Source of the DNA: a virus
DNA: 64,000 nt
IMG/VR virus record: IMGVR_UViG_3300025617_001208
Coordinates: 12,885 to 76,884 of that record
Strand: one strand, 5' to 3'
This document shows positions 51,301 to 58,398 of this stretch, in pieces. The notes below the pieces were generated by a model, which saw only the letters and a list, made by a program, of their open reading frames with translations, made no database searches and had not been told where the DNA came from. Numbering within the stretch: position 1 is the stretch's first letter; every line of letters starts with the position of its first letter. The translations under genes and the position numbers were made by a program.

Positions 51301-52933
51301 CGGCATTGAGTTTGCCTTCTTTTACCAACACAATTTCATTTTCGTTTGGCTCTGCATCAAGTTCTTCTTTGAGTGTAATTTGTGTGCTATTTTGAAACTT
51401 AATAAATTCTACTTTATAAATTTTATTATTTACTAAAGGATCGTTATCATTTACAAATAGAATACGCATTCCATCTACAACATCTACGTTATCAATATTG
51501 TATCCTTGTGACCCTTCAATAACTGAAAAAATATCATTTGTCCAGTCGTCAACTAAATCAATTGCGTCTTTACAAATTGTACCGTTGTGCCACATTTTAA
51601 TGCCTGGTGCAAATTCAATAATAGGTCTTTTACCTCTACTATTTTCTGGCAAGATATAATCTTGTTTGTTAATTTCTGCTGATTTTGTAATTACATCAAT
51701 ATGAAACCATCTATTATATCTTGCCCAAGGGTTTTTATCTTTACTAGATCTATTTGATATAATGTAATCCTTTGTTGCAGGATAACCGATACTTGTACTC
51801 CACGGGAGTCTATCAAAACCAAATGCATCAAACGGAATCTGTTCATCTTCTGCTAATAGATCCGAAGTTGTTAAATCTTCAACAGATATTAGTACAATTT
51901 CTTTTCCAACACCTTCAACATAGAATTCTCCGCTGCTGTATTTTTCTGGAGTAATATTTCCAACAAAAGAAATTTTCATACCATTACTTAGACTCCAGCC
52001 TTCTGCGGTAGTATAATTTCTTTTGCCTAATAATTCGTTTTCGACATCTAAAATAGAATTTTCTTCAGCATCTGCAATATTAAATAATCCGCTTGTATTA
52101 ATATCTTCTTTACTAATATAATAAAGCTCATTAGGTGCATTAGCTGGAACTGTAAACTCAATTACGCCAGTTTCTACATATCCGTCGCTATCTTCATTTG
52201 TAGTTGTTACACCTTCGTTATAAAGTGTACTAACATTTGTAACACTATCTTCAAATGTTAATCCTGGTAAAAATTTTCTACTAATAGCAAGTGCAAAAGG
52301 ATGCCCTGGCGTGTTAATTTCAAATCTATAAGTTTGACCTCTATAAAGAGTAATTAAAGGATTTCTTGTTAATTTGTTAGGTGTAAACAAATAAGCAAAA
52401 TTATCACCGTCGTCTACTACTTCAACTTTGTATGTACTTGAAACACCTTGCTGATTGCCAAATACAGTAACAGTTTGCGGGCCGTTTGGTAACCAATAAT
52501 ATTCACGGAAATTAGTAAACTTATCAAAATCAATATGCGGGTTCCAAGAATAAATTTCTTGCTCATTTAGACGACTATGGTTAAGAGTATTACTATTAAA
52601 AGTGTTAAGTTGACCAATGTAGTCAACATAATCTTTATGAAATACAACATTATCCAAATCATCTTTGATGTTTATACTAGGATCTAATTGATAATTTGAT
52701 CTTACGGAGTTTATTTCAGTAAGATATGTACTGTTATTAATATTAGCTTTAGCATTTTTTCTGCCAATAAAAGCATTAATCTTTTCAACTGCACCAGTCG
52801 AAAATAACTGATCTACAGTAGAACTTACAAGTTTTTCATTTGTACTAGTTCTAAAATAGCGAGGTAAAAATCTACTACTTTTTTTACTATTGTCACCAAC
52901 TGGAAATTCTGGTTGCTGATCTTCATATGCCAT
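39344..52933 (-). CDS. giant (4,529 aa) baseplate wedge/receptor-binding structural protein (gp7-like position)
   Basis: Uninterrupted 13.6-kb ORF directly after the gp6-like gene; FLPRYFRT start, FG-GAP-like propeller repeats, W..Y..GD.V.Y repeats, F.GDG repeats. Confidence 0.75.
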   Translation of the reverse strand: MAYEDQQPEFPVGDNSKKSSRFLPRYFRTSTNEKLVSSTVDQLFSTGAVEKINAFIGRKNAKANINNSTYLTEINSVRSNYQLDPSINIKDDLDNVVFHKDYVDYIGQLNTFNSNTLNHSRLNEQEIYSWNPHIDFDKFTNFREYYWLPNGPQTVTVFGNQQGVSSTYKVEVVDDGDNFAYLFTPNKLTRNPLITLYRGQTYRFEINTPGHPFALAISRKFLPGLTFEDSVTNVSTLYNEGVTTTNEDSDGYVETGVIEFTVPANAPNELYYISKEDINTSGLFNIADAEENSILDVENELLGKRNYTTAEGWSLSNGMKISFVGNITPEKYSSGEFYVEGVGKEIVLISVEDLTTSDLLAEDEQIPFDAFGFDRLPWSTSIGYPATKDYIISNRSSKDKNPWARYNRWFHIDVITKSAEINKQDYILPENSRGKRPIIEFAPGIKMWHNGTICKDAIDLVDDWTNDIFSVIEGSQGYNIDNVDVVDGMRILFVNDNDPLVNNKIYKVEFIKFQNSTQITLKEELDAEPNENEIVLVKEGKLNAGKQYFFDGTSWKKSQDKTAINQAPLFDLFDKNNISYGDIYYESSNFFGNKIFAYKQGTGTNDTELGFPISYKNINNVGDIVFEFDLLKQSNTYIINDETIDIPSNQGFVKITDSYTGEISFENAWKKHFEKSNQAVILDFQGSQQTNNFVVNCFDKSATISDLKIKLFTNRSFLKENIDYTLTTNSKQQVLIVLNNDISENDRLIIKCYSTSSKNENGYYETAYNLERNPNNLDVTEFTIGEVNDHVQTIVENNDNFNGIHPGVGNLRDLGNIEIYGDRFVQHSGPIGLALYHLTSKDYNVVNSLKFALKEYSKFKREFLRIATYDGYNNTDVKHVDYLLEQFALNKTRNDAFYNSDTVPFGGKNIIEYTVLDSGNPYYPLTSAFNLNKLTSKSVLIYKNGTQLIYENEYTFTEEGFVYIYSVEIDDKIEIHEYETTDGCFVPPTPSKLGLYPLYEPKIYIDNTYSTPTKVVIGHDGSRTIAFNDFRDDLLLELEKRIFNNVKTRYNPDNFDLFNFIPGRYRDTGLNQKDVNNIMIADFINWTNVAQVYDFNVNKYSDINDSFTYNYKSSSDINGTKLEGFWRAVYKNAYDTDTPNLTPWEMLGFSIQPTWWEEVYGPAPYTSNNLPLWKDLEAGIIREPNTSVVKDVRFARPNLLKQIPVDEYGRIRSPFQTGFSKDFSFANQIGYSFEFGDQGPAETAWRRSSEYPFSLLNAMLLLRPAQIFGLTYDYSKISKNLAGNIIYDHKTSISTTNIDFNNKSAGLLNYIKGYIDYNNMSYETYVEYVKSINFNLSFRLAGFSDKDKINLVLDSKTPNSSGDIFTPQENYNLFLKTSSPYEVVTYSGVVIEKVPTGYKINGYDRYNPTFPYYSATETNSDPFVTVGGISETFSTWNEEKLYVAGGIVRYDNNYYRVTETHTSNNIFDTTKFSKLGTLPTVGGRTARFSKRFSSQLSYLQYGTVFTSYQQVIDFLLGYDRYLKSVGFIFDYNNAKYGIVENFRLSAKEFLFWTTQNWGENSIISLSPSANKIQFKRDFYLPDSLYDSIFDYEVLDQDGKLLSNEFVNLVRDTDNSFSLASNDDNVGVYFIRLFLVQKEHCIVIDNDTVFADTIYNETSGYRQERIKVTGYRTANWSGTLNIPGFVFDEPKVTKWKSYKDYIIGDVVQYKDKYYTSIVSHTSGEFFNNINWSTLVEKPVNQLIPNFDYRAAQFADFYDLDTDNFDTEQQRLAQHLIGYQKREYLKNIINDDISQYKFYQGMIQDKGTKNVLTKLFDKLSSADKDSIEFFEEWAIRAGQYGATDSFDEYEITIDESKYKLTPQPFELVKSVDNTRTDFIYQVPSTDLQVKPANYNQQIFEFENYEEITKTAGYVAPAQIDFITPNVSQLLGFDINLVKQGQFVWVTDDGLDWNVYEFAKKEYQVEKIEKTITGFKAIFDINHDLQSGDIIGLTNVANELDGFRQVIYTGYKEVEFYTEDNISEEGIDLSDSSRGIVIKVAPRRFENIDAYNNVLNVNDVSVGNRAWIDNLGNDKWSVLENTPVYDVEDIIVNPQTGLKTNFGDAIAVDQTNTRLAIGDPNSNGRVIVYNRIGENGDFSSTENYGAETSIIGNNSEFGYSVSMSPNGEYLFVGAPNAANLLTRYKGNIVLGTSYSAGEIVNDRGTLWRAKVDIDGSDTSTVNKQSQDWERANIISVDEDGSPTASIRGAVCVYKKAEVGTTYELETTILSPIPTTSERFGRIVKCRKDIDGILRLYVASDAASGRIYFFDNDTDDGTWKFSRDDNFRGTFSAAESYIQGEIVYYNNTAGDTGDSNLYRAKKDMSAQAFNLNNWELLDQFVDYKGYVPPQNELLNEESDNLGVAGGYNIATDFDLSTNGEVLILNGEDTLNTNKVSVYRRENNRYTYYETIETTDLSEEFGSNIAISANGNAIAVSAIRNNDKGTSFGSVYVYRYTGNEYALNQTLYPPTGAEGELFGIDLNFSEDNLIVASANGDRAVPTLFDQTLIRVNDTSFDNNTTKFFNKFEDSGTIYIFQNFNNNYLYAEELDWNYDTSLSSKPIILTNFNHIYISYPRLEYTADFGVVINLKREKGTYSWKKLSEQIDTPNINKIKRAFLFDKKTNDILTFLDVIDPIQGKIAGPADEVIDLKLAFDPASYSVDVTTNNKGDYWAAEYVGQYWWNTESTKWYNPYQGNAENQTSFWNKLVPSSKTEVFEWVESDYLPSEWDELADTNDGIIEGISGLSKYGDFKYSVGRKYNAITETFETKYYFWVRNKKLLSNENKKISSNDAEQLIKDPQSAGYVFMSALSTNKFALHNVGSFIKDKDIALHIDVYKGEINDRNIHTEYKLLSEGLAGSNPPASFIEKWIDSLVGYDENLRPVPDTELGETKKYGIETRPRQGLFRNGLEALKQTIERTNLILKQQIITDFKDITDLSKQDQQPRILEGKFDISVDTINDIQTVGVANAKRAVLNPTIDNGKLISVEIQNQGYGYKSAPIVTITGTGTDAEVTTTIDNFGRVNSVTIVDSGKNYSLIDLQVRPFSLLVEADAELNGKWAIYEYDYAGNFERVKYQKWNVENFWSYIDWYDTDYDENTAIDYLIDGSYQLNSLNDRIGDVVKIKDVGAGGWLLLQKIDVQPEVDYTVNYKTIGRQNGTIKFNSKLYQNTNFGFDKIGFDNLVYDTEPVNERRIILETIKNKIFVEDLEIKFNDILFTGIRYALYEQQTVDWIFKTSFLTAKHNLGVLDQRINFKSDNLDSYKDFISEVKPYSSKIREYISAYESLENSQTMISDFDLPPRYDNIQNKIVTETVKFYNERVVGDREFIETYPQKNWLDNYKFKIQELVIYNQGHGLNSQPVITISGGNGPTIIGKGYRTGDKLTSIDIDYSDALYTSQPSIEINGSYDDDYEIPRIIAVLGDSPVRSTHMIMKFDRVSGNFVFTDLKTVETFTGTGAQKTFNTKWPLDLRKSRISITVNGNDVLYTDFETSNIKNTSKTYERTLGQIVFETAPANNAVIEITYYKDSAMLSAADRINAYYNPTNGMPGITKNEDGTTNLGQLMTGINYDGVNLESVDFATEQGFDIGGFGTIPWDIFSQTEDEIFTLDGSTLVLTLSKPLEDGVAYNIYKNNVRIDDPNFDGSSAITNKNALLNTVYGDGVTDEILISNEVPTAAGDIFIVRKETSDGSFEPADNVLDTELTGGGFNNTAKGLNSGEITVDGDGFVTPITSAGPEEVVPGQIVDTLDIQVKHKPADGQGIKTSYIYKTKGNTLSYSIDMLPQSQQAIIVNLNGNKVDIDSYTVDYENNLLVFEDDSTIQDDQDLHIIVVGNNGNDILESDTFIGDGNTKIFVTGIKFTNPISSFVTINGVVQQVGLNYEIFETDSSYKQENCAALRFSRAPSAGELIGFSLYNNDTKSFSEIMVDKSFVGDGVNYVYKFDKNNMTYTAKPFTHKMLVKQGDKFLNAGYNIRHIVTNDRVYGIQQWQFEKPSKISNDDVVVILNNRVITDTKDYRWDAINSRIEFLNPTIGNVGDILEIYILGNGEYYFIDTVVDLVDMDDSTKLGVLHDEGDLISFVMEDSTQIFATVKSSEETDNGVRLTLNGYFKELKVKSAENDIPLELTGVKSASYPLAVRIDNVTFVESENLTFKKVPEEGERVEIITFSEHDVNNFDRLSFEVLYTPVISSSSDEYNTAIQLTNGRIKLNQPAAGVNYVWVIQDNKLLRPSVDYNLMSNNTVVNLFNKPADNEVVEIIQFAANVTSEKYGFRIFKDMLNRVHYKRLNEASVFKLGQPLNYFDQYITLEDTTGIPIPNRTNGKPGVLFIEGERIEYYAIEGNLLRQIRRGTLGTGVKTQYAAGTKMQEQGETETIPYKDKDLQQIFVSDGSTNIYNLDFDILNYNEVEVIVGGKKLRKPATQEFTVFDPLIDQDSPEGDNVVQPEFTIDADNDTIILRDDVPTGVRIVIQRKQGKIWTDDLSTSDSKIARFIRAGTIKLSK

Positions 52934-52949
52934 ACTGTGTAATCCTCTA

Positions 52950-55900
52950 TTATTCGCTTAATGTGCTACTTTGTATATTAACGTTTTGAGTATTTGTTGA
53001 TGTAACTACACTACCACTTGCTTTTAATCTAGTAGCAGTAATCGCATCAATAATTTCAATATCGTTAACTGTTGCAGCACTTACAAATATTTCATCGCTT
53101 TCTGCTTTTATTTCGTATAAACTACCAAAACTTTGATTTTCTTGTATCGGTACTAAAACTATACTTGCAATATCCGGTGTTAATGTAGAAACAATATAAG
53201 TTGCTAATTCACTAAAATAAAATGTTTCTCCAAAGTCCCAGTTTTCTAAACTAAAAAATGTATTAATAGCTGATACTACTCTAGCTTTAATATCATTATC
53301 ATTTAAAACTTGTTCATTATTTTTTACTATTTTAATCTTTGCTTGTAAATCTACTGATGCTTTACTGCCAAATAACGGTTTGTATTTTACAGGATGATAT
53401 ATTACTTCGTCACTAATACTTTTACGCTGATTAATTTCTTGTCCGTATTGAATAAACAATTCGTCGCTGCTTGGAGGTAACGGTTTTTCAACAATTTCAT
53501 TTATTAACCATTTTCTATACTGAGTATCGTAGGATCTAGTTAACAAGAATGTATCTATCATATTTGAAACACTAGGATCTAATCTACGATTTTCATTTGC
53601 TGCATGATAATATCTAAATTTAATATTATCTCTTCCAACAAATGCACGATACATATCAGTGATTAATAAACGATTATTTTTTAGTTGTTTGAAAATGTCT
53701 GTTGCTCTAAAATAGAAAACAGCACCTTCGTTGTATTGGCTTAGAGCACCAATATTTTGTTCTAGTTCAAATGTATCTATAATACCTTCAACGGTATTAT
53801 CAACTGCATAAAAGGCTTCTCCGTCGCCGGTAGACATCTTTTTTTCGTAAACATAACTAGAATTTTCTATTGCAACAAAATCCGTAAAAATATCAGGATT
53901 ATCAACAACTCCGTCGTCGTCACTATCATAAAAATCTATTTCAACTTTGGTACTATCAACATAATTGTCAATGTTAATATAATCAGAAACAATTTGCCAG
54001 TCAATGTCTGTAGTAAAATAATCTAAAGCAAGAGGCTTATTGTTAATGTTTAATAGTTGTATTCTATCTTTAACTATTTTTTGTGTTCTACTATCATAAA
54101 TTTTATCAACTTTATCAAAATAAAATCTAATTTCATCTAAGCTGCTGAATACATAACGAAGTCCTCGATATGTAACAGTGTAATAAACTCCGTTTGTTTC
54201 AAATAATATTAGCCAACTTCCATCTAAATTTCTGCCAGAAATATCTCCGGTACTACTTAAACTAAACTCTTGCGAAGAACTTAAATCTTTATCTAGTATA
54301 ACGTTCCACTGACTCTTTTCAAAATCGTATCTTAACCCAAAGCGTTTAAATGCAAACATTTGCTCAACAAATAAGTTGATAGTATCTTCGGTTAATATTT
54401 TATTTAAAACAGGTACAATTTCTACAAGTTTACTACCTGTTTCAATGTTGTCATTTAAAATTACAGGACCTAAAGTAGTGTCAGGATCGTTGCTGGTTCC
54501 ATTTTCAAAGACACTTATAACTTTAACCCATTTATAAGTAATAGCACCTTTTACTGTTGCTGTACCAAGTTTTAATTTATTATTGTCAGTACTATCAAAA
54601 TAGTAACCCAACGGTGCTTCAAATTTAAGATATGCACCAGGCTTTACATATGTTAGCAATCCACTTGTAAATGTTCCAAGTGTAGCAATAATAGAATCAT
54701 TATCAATTAATTTACCACTACATCTGTTTAAATCAAATGTTTCTTTATTCCAAGATAATTGAAAATTTGCAATAGACTGGTTACGTGGATACTTATCCAA
54801 ATAATAGTTGCGCATTTTACTATTTTTAATTAATTCAACAATTGAATTTCTAGCAAAAAATTCAATATCTGTTTGATTTGTGAATTCAAAATTGATCTTT
54901 TCTTTTAAATATTCTCTGTAAATTATTCCATCATTGCCATACATGTTAGTGTTGCTATATTTTCCAGTTGAATCTCTTAAATCAAAATACCTACTAACAC
55001 CACTACTAGTTCTATTAACACTTTTAGTTTTAACTATTTCTTGACTAACACTTAACGGTCCTACATTATAATCTTCGCCTGTAATTAAGCGATCCTGTGT
55101 GTAGTAATTAGAAGGAGCATTTTGCTTAATACTTGCATTTGTTTCACTAATGCTTGCATTAGTTATTGTATTTTGCAACTCTAAAACTAGAGATATTTTT
55201 TCAACTTTTCCTGCTTTACTAATATAAGGAACAACAACATTAACACCGGTAAATTCAGAAGGTACAATACGCAAGGATCTATTAGAACTTTGTCTATAAT
55301 ATATCCTAAATTGCCCTTTTGGAATATTGCCAAATAATCCGTCACTAAATACCAAACTAATTGTATCATTTAATTTTGTTAAAACTGTGTAAATGTTCTT
55401 AACATTTTTTTCAAGACTATTATATACAATATTGTTGCCTTCGACAGCATCAACTTTTGTCCACAAATCAGATTCGTTTCCGTCAGCATTTAAACCATAA
55501 AGCCATACATCGTCATTGTTAATATTTGCAGTATTAACATCTACAGATTCATGGGGTGCAGCAACATCTAATTGGAACTGATTATTTAAAAGTTTACCTT
55601 GTCTAAAATGTAAAAAATAACCGCTGTTTGAACTACCAGGGCCTTGGCCGTTATCTCTATACAAGAAAGCTAAATTGTTTCCTGGTAACGGAGCTTCTTC
55701 GTAAATGTTGTTTTCATTAAAATTAGTGCTTACAACTTCAAAATTTTCTTTTTTATTGTCAACAGATTTAGAAAATTCGTAAACTGGAACAGTATTACTT
55801 GTACCATTAAATCTATATAACTGAGTTGTTATACCACTTATATTTCCGTTTTTTAATGGCTTACCAATACCGTTTTGAGATGGAAGTGCAGCATTTAAAA

Positions 55901-56375
55901 TCCTTGTAAACTGTTCTCTCCAATTTGAGTTAGTGGTATCATTCCATAAAATACTTTGATTGGTAAGGTTTAAATTGTTGCTATCAACAATTGTTTCAGT
56001 TGTACTTAAACTTACAATCTTTAATAATCCATTTGCCGGCTTATTTCTTTTTGGATTGTAACTTAGTAACCTAGCATGTCTTAGCACACTTTCTCTACGT
56101 TCGGCTAACTCTAAGAAGTTATCTCTGGCATTTAAATCAACACGATAGCTAATGTTTTGTCCTAAGAACGCAATTAAGTCTATAAGAGCAATATATTCAC
56201 TACTTTCAATATAGTCGTTAAAATCTTCAGGATAATTTTCACGCAGGTAATTGATCATTGTTCTGCGTAGATTGTCAAAATCATAGCTCTTAAAGTCTGC
56301 GTTTTTAAAAGTTTGGTAGATACGCTTCCAATCTTCCGACTTTAGTAGTTTGTTTTGTCTATCAGTTATAGCCAT
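52950..56375 (-). CDS. gp6: baseplate wedge subunit (T4 gp6-like)
   Basis: DFDNLRRTMINYL...FNDY.ESS...LIDLIA, FLELAERRESV...ARLLSYNP, IKQNAP..YYTQDRLITGEDY. Confidence 0.82.
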   Translation of the reverse strand: MAITDRQNKLLKSEDWKRIYQTFKNADFKSYDFDNLRRTMINYLRENYPEDFNDYIESSEYIALIDLIAFLGQNISYRVDLNARDNFLELAERRESVLRHARLLSYNPKRNKPANGLLKIVSLSTTETIVDSNNLNLTNQSILWNDTTNSNWREQFTRILNAALPSQNGIGKPLKNGNISGITTQLYRFNGTSNTVPVYEFSKSVDNKKENFEVVSTNFNENNIYEEAPLPGNNLAFLYRDNGQGPGSSNSGYFLHFRQGKLLNNQFQLDVAAPHESVDVNTANINNDDVWLYGLNADGNESDLWTKVDAVEGNNIVYNSLEKNVKNIYTVLTKLNDTISLVFSDGLFGNIPKGQFRIYYRQSSNRSLRIVPSEFTGVNVVVPYISKAGKVEKISLVLELQNTITNASISETNASIKQNAPSNYYTQDRLITGEDYNVGPLSVSQEIVKTKSVNRTSSGVSRYFDLRDSTGKYSNTNMYGNDGIIYREYLKEKINFEFTNQTDIEFFARNSIVELIKNSKMRNYYLDKYPRNQSIANFQLSWNKETFDLNRCSGKLIDNDSIIATLGTFTSGLLTYVKPGAYLKFEAPLGYYFDSTDNNKLKLGTATVKGAITYKWVKVISVFENGTSNDPDTTLGPVILNDNIETGSKLVEIVPVLNKILTEDTINLFVEQMFAFKRFGLRYDFEKSQWNVILDKDLSSSQEFSLSSTGDISGRNLDGSWLILFETNGVYYTVTYRGLRYVFSSLDEIRFYFDKVDKIYDSRTQKIVKDRIQLLNINNKPLALDYFTTDIDWQIVSDYINIDNYVDSTKVEIDFYDSDDDGVVDNPDIFTDFVAIENSSYVYEKKMSTGDGEAFYAVDNTVEGIIDTFELEQNIGALSQYNEGAVFYFRATDIFKQLKNNRLLITDMYRAFVGRDNIKFRYYHAANENRRLDPSVSNMIDTFLLTRSYDTQYRKWLINEIVEKPLPPSSDELFIQYGQEINQRKSISDEVIYHPVKYKPLFGSKASVDLQAKIKIVKNNEQVLNDNDIKARVVSAINTFFSLENWDFGETFYFSELATYIVSTLTPDIASIVLVPIQENQSFGSLYEIKAESDEIFVSAATVNDIEIIDAITATRLKASGSVVTSTNTQNVNIQSSTLSE

Positions 56376-56399
56376 AGAGATATTCCTTTAATACAATAA

Positions 56400-56405
56400 T
56401 ATTTA
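56400..56405 (-). promoter_or_regulatory. T4-type late promoter core TAAATA
   Basis: ATAAATA upstream of an AAGGA RBS and ATG 56375. Confidence 0.6.
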
Positions 56406-56427
56406 TCGCATTGAATAATATGCGCAG

Positions 56428-56856
56428 TTAAATTAAACCTGCATTCTGATCAAATCTAAGTTGTAATTTTTCACTGATACTGTAAGTTAAATATGTTAGC
56501 TGCACTTCAATTTGAATGCCATGTTCGTAACTGTCAATTGCAACTTTATCAACACTTACTCTTGGGTCATAATTGATAATTTCTGTAACATTTTTTTCAA
56601 CAGCTAATTTTAAATCGTCGGTTAGTGGTTCAAATAATATGTCCCAAATAATAGTTCCAAATGTTGGATTTTCTAGCTTTTCGCCTTGACGAATATGGAA
56701 ATGATTTAATATATCTTGTTTTATAAGATCTAAATCATAAATTTTAAATTTTTTAGGACGTCCAACTGTACTCACGCCCCTATAAGATTTACTAGTTACA
56801 GGCGATTGCTTTGTATTTGTGCCAACAGATGTATTTTTATATATTCTTTGTACCAT
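56428..56856 (-). CDS. gp25: baseplate wedge protein gp25-like (GPW/gp25 family)
   Basis: IKQDILNHFHIRQGEKLENPTFGT.IWD.LFEP...I.NYDPRV signature. Confidence 0.88.
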   Translation of the reverse strand: MVQRIYKNTSVGTNTKQSPVTSKSYRGVSTVGRPKKFKIYDLDLIKQDILNHFHIRQGEKLENPTFGTIIWDILFEPLTDDLKLAVEKNVTEIINYDPRVSVDKVAIDSYEHGIQIEVQLTYLTYSISEKLQLRFDQNAGLI

Positions 56857-56860
56857 AACG

Positions 56861-56866
56861 TATTTA
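56861..56866 (-). promoter_or_regulatory. T4-type late promoter core TAAATA, 4 nt upstream of ATG (leaderless?)
   Basis: Minus strand reads TAAATA-cgtt-ATG in a 12-bp intergenic gap. Confidence 0.6.
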
Positions 56867-56868
56867 CC

Positions 56869-58386
56869 TTAGGAAATTGTACCCAAATTAGGGTCTATTA
56901 GATATCCGTTTCTATCTAATACTATTGGATTATTAGAATTTGTACCTATTCTACCATTAGACATAATATTGTTACCAGCTATTACATTAAATCCTTGCGC
57001 TGCACTTGTTAAAGAAAGCAAATTTTCTGTATTAGTAATGTTATTATTAGATGCTGCATTTACTAAAGCTCTTGTTGCAGAACCCATATCAACTGCTAAT
57101 TGGCCTATAGGAGTATCAAATTGTAATCCAGCAAGTATTTCTCCTCTTTCGTTATTTGTTAAAGTAATAGGGTTACCTGTTAATTTTTGTGCAAATGCAC
57201 TAGCAACAATCGTTTGAACTTCTATAGGAGCACTTAAAATTGCATCACCAACTTCGCCAACAAATTCGCCAATTCCTCTACCAAACCCAGTTAGGACAGG
57301 GCCTATGCCTGGAATTTGATTAAGTGCATCTCCTAAGCCGGTTCCAAAGTCTCCAACTATATCACCGATACTACCGCCAATTTTTCCTAATGCATCTCCT
57401 AAAGGTCCAGCTAATCCGCCAACTTGTTTTAACAGGTCTCCTGCAATACTTGAAAGCAATGCTGCACCAGCTACTGAGCCTAATAGTCCTTGTACTAATC
57501 CTCCAAGACCAGCGGCGCCGCCGCTACCTTTTAAAAATGTATCAATTGTAATTTCAACAGGGCTTTCGCCCGGATTAGTTACTTGTGTTGGATTTTCTTT
57601 TTGATATCTGTCAATTGCACCAGTTCCGTTGCCTCCAACTGTATGTGGTCCGCCACCGCCAAAGCCAAAATAACTACCTCCTAATCCTAAAGAAAATCCA
57701 CCAGCACCAATACTAAAATTAAGACCGCCAATTGATCCGCCAATGCCAAAACCATCTGGTCCAAAACCAGCAGTTATGCCGCCAGCACTAAACGAACCGC
57801 TTGTAATGCCTTGAGGACCAAATTCAAAATTCAAAGGACCGTTATTAAATCCACCGCTAAGACCGCCTTCGGTTAAACTTAGACTTAGCGGGCCTGCAGA
57901 AATATTTCCGCCTGAAATGTTTCCATTTCCATCAAATCCAAGACTCAAAGGACCTGCTGTAATTCCTTGTATTTTTCCATCTTGAAACCCAATACCGGCG
58001 TTTCCTACTCGAAACCCACCCAGTTGTCCATCTTGAATAACTACGCCTGCACTGCCATTATCAAATCCGAAACTTGAATTATTTTGTGTTACTCTAGCAA
58101 ACAATCCATTTGCATTTATATTAATAGCGCCATTAGATCCTAATGTATCTGTAACAAGTTGCTGTGCGTTTCGAGAAAAACTTTGAGGAGCACGAAAGTC
58201 TCTAATCTGTGTATTAATGCTTTGTCCTAACGAACTTAGTGTAGACGAAATTGGACGAATAATCTCTCCAATTGGATTTGTACTTACAGAACCATTATTA
58301 ACTCCGAAAACTTGCGGAATACTACTAATAGCATTTCCCCTGCTGTCTCTTACTATATTACCATTTCTATCTCTAACAATGGACAT
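56869..58386 (-). CDS. glycine-rich repeat protein in the baseplate module
   Basis: 505 aa; approximately 18-aa G-rich repeats (AGPLSLG/GPLNF) followed by GxxxG-rich amphipathic segments; GAGG RBS. Confidence 0.65.
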   Translation of the reverse strand: MSIVRDRNGNIVRDSRGNAISSIPQVFGVNNGSVSTNPIGEIIRPISSTLSSLGQSINTQIRDFRAPQSFSRNAQQLVTDTLGSNGAININANGLFARVTQNNSSFGFDNGSAGVVIQDGQLGGFRVGNAGIGFQDGKIQGITAGPLSLGFDGNGNISGGNISAGPLSLSLTEGGLSGGFNNGPLNFEFGPQGITSGSFSAGGITAGFGPDGFGIGGSIGGLNFSIGAGGFSLGLGGSYFGFGGGGPHTVGGNGTGAIDRYQKENPTQVTNPGESPVEITIDTFLKGSGGAAGLGGLVQGLLGSVAGAALLSSIAGDLLKQVGGLAGPLGDALGKIGGSIGDIVGDFGTGLGDALNQIPGIGPVLTGFGRGIGEFVGEVGDAILSAPIEVQTIVASAFAQKLTGNPITLTNNERGEILAGLQFDTPIGQLAVDMGSATRALVNAASNNNITNTENLLSLTSAAQGFNVIAGNNIMSNGRIGTNSNNPIVLDRNGYLIDPNLGTIS

Positions 58387-58398
58387 GTATTTTCCCTC

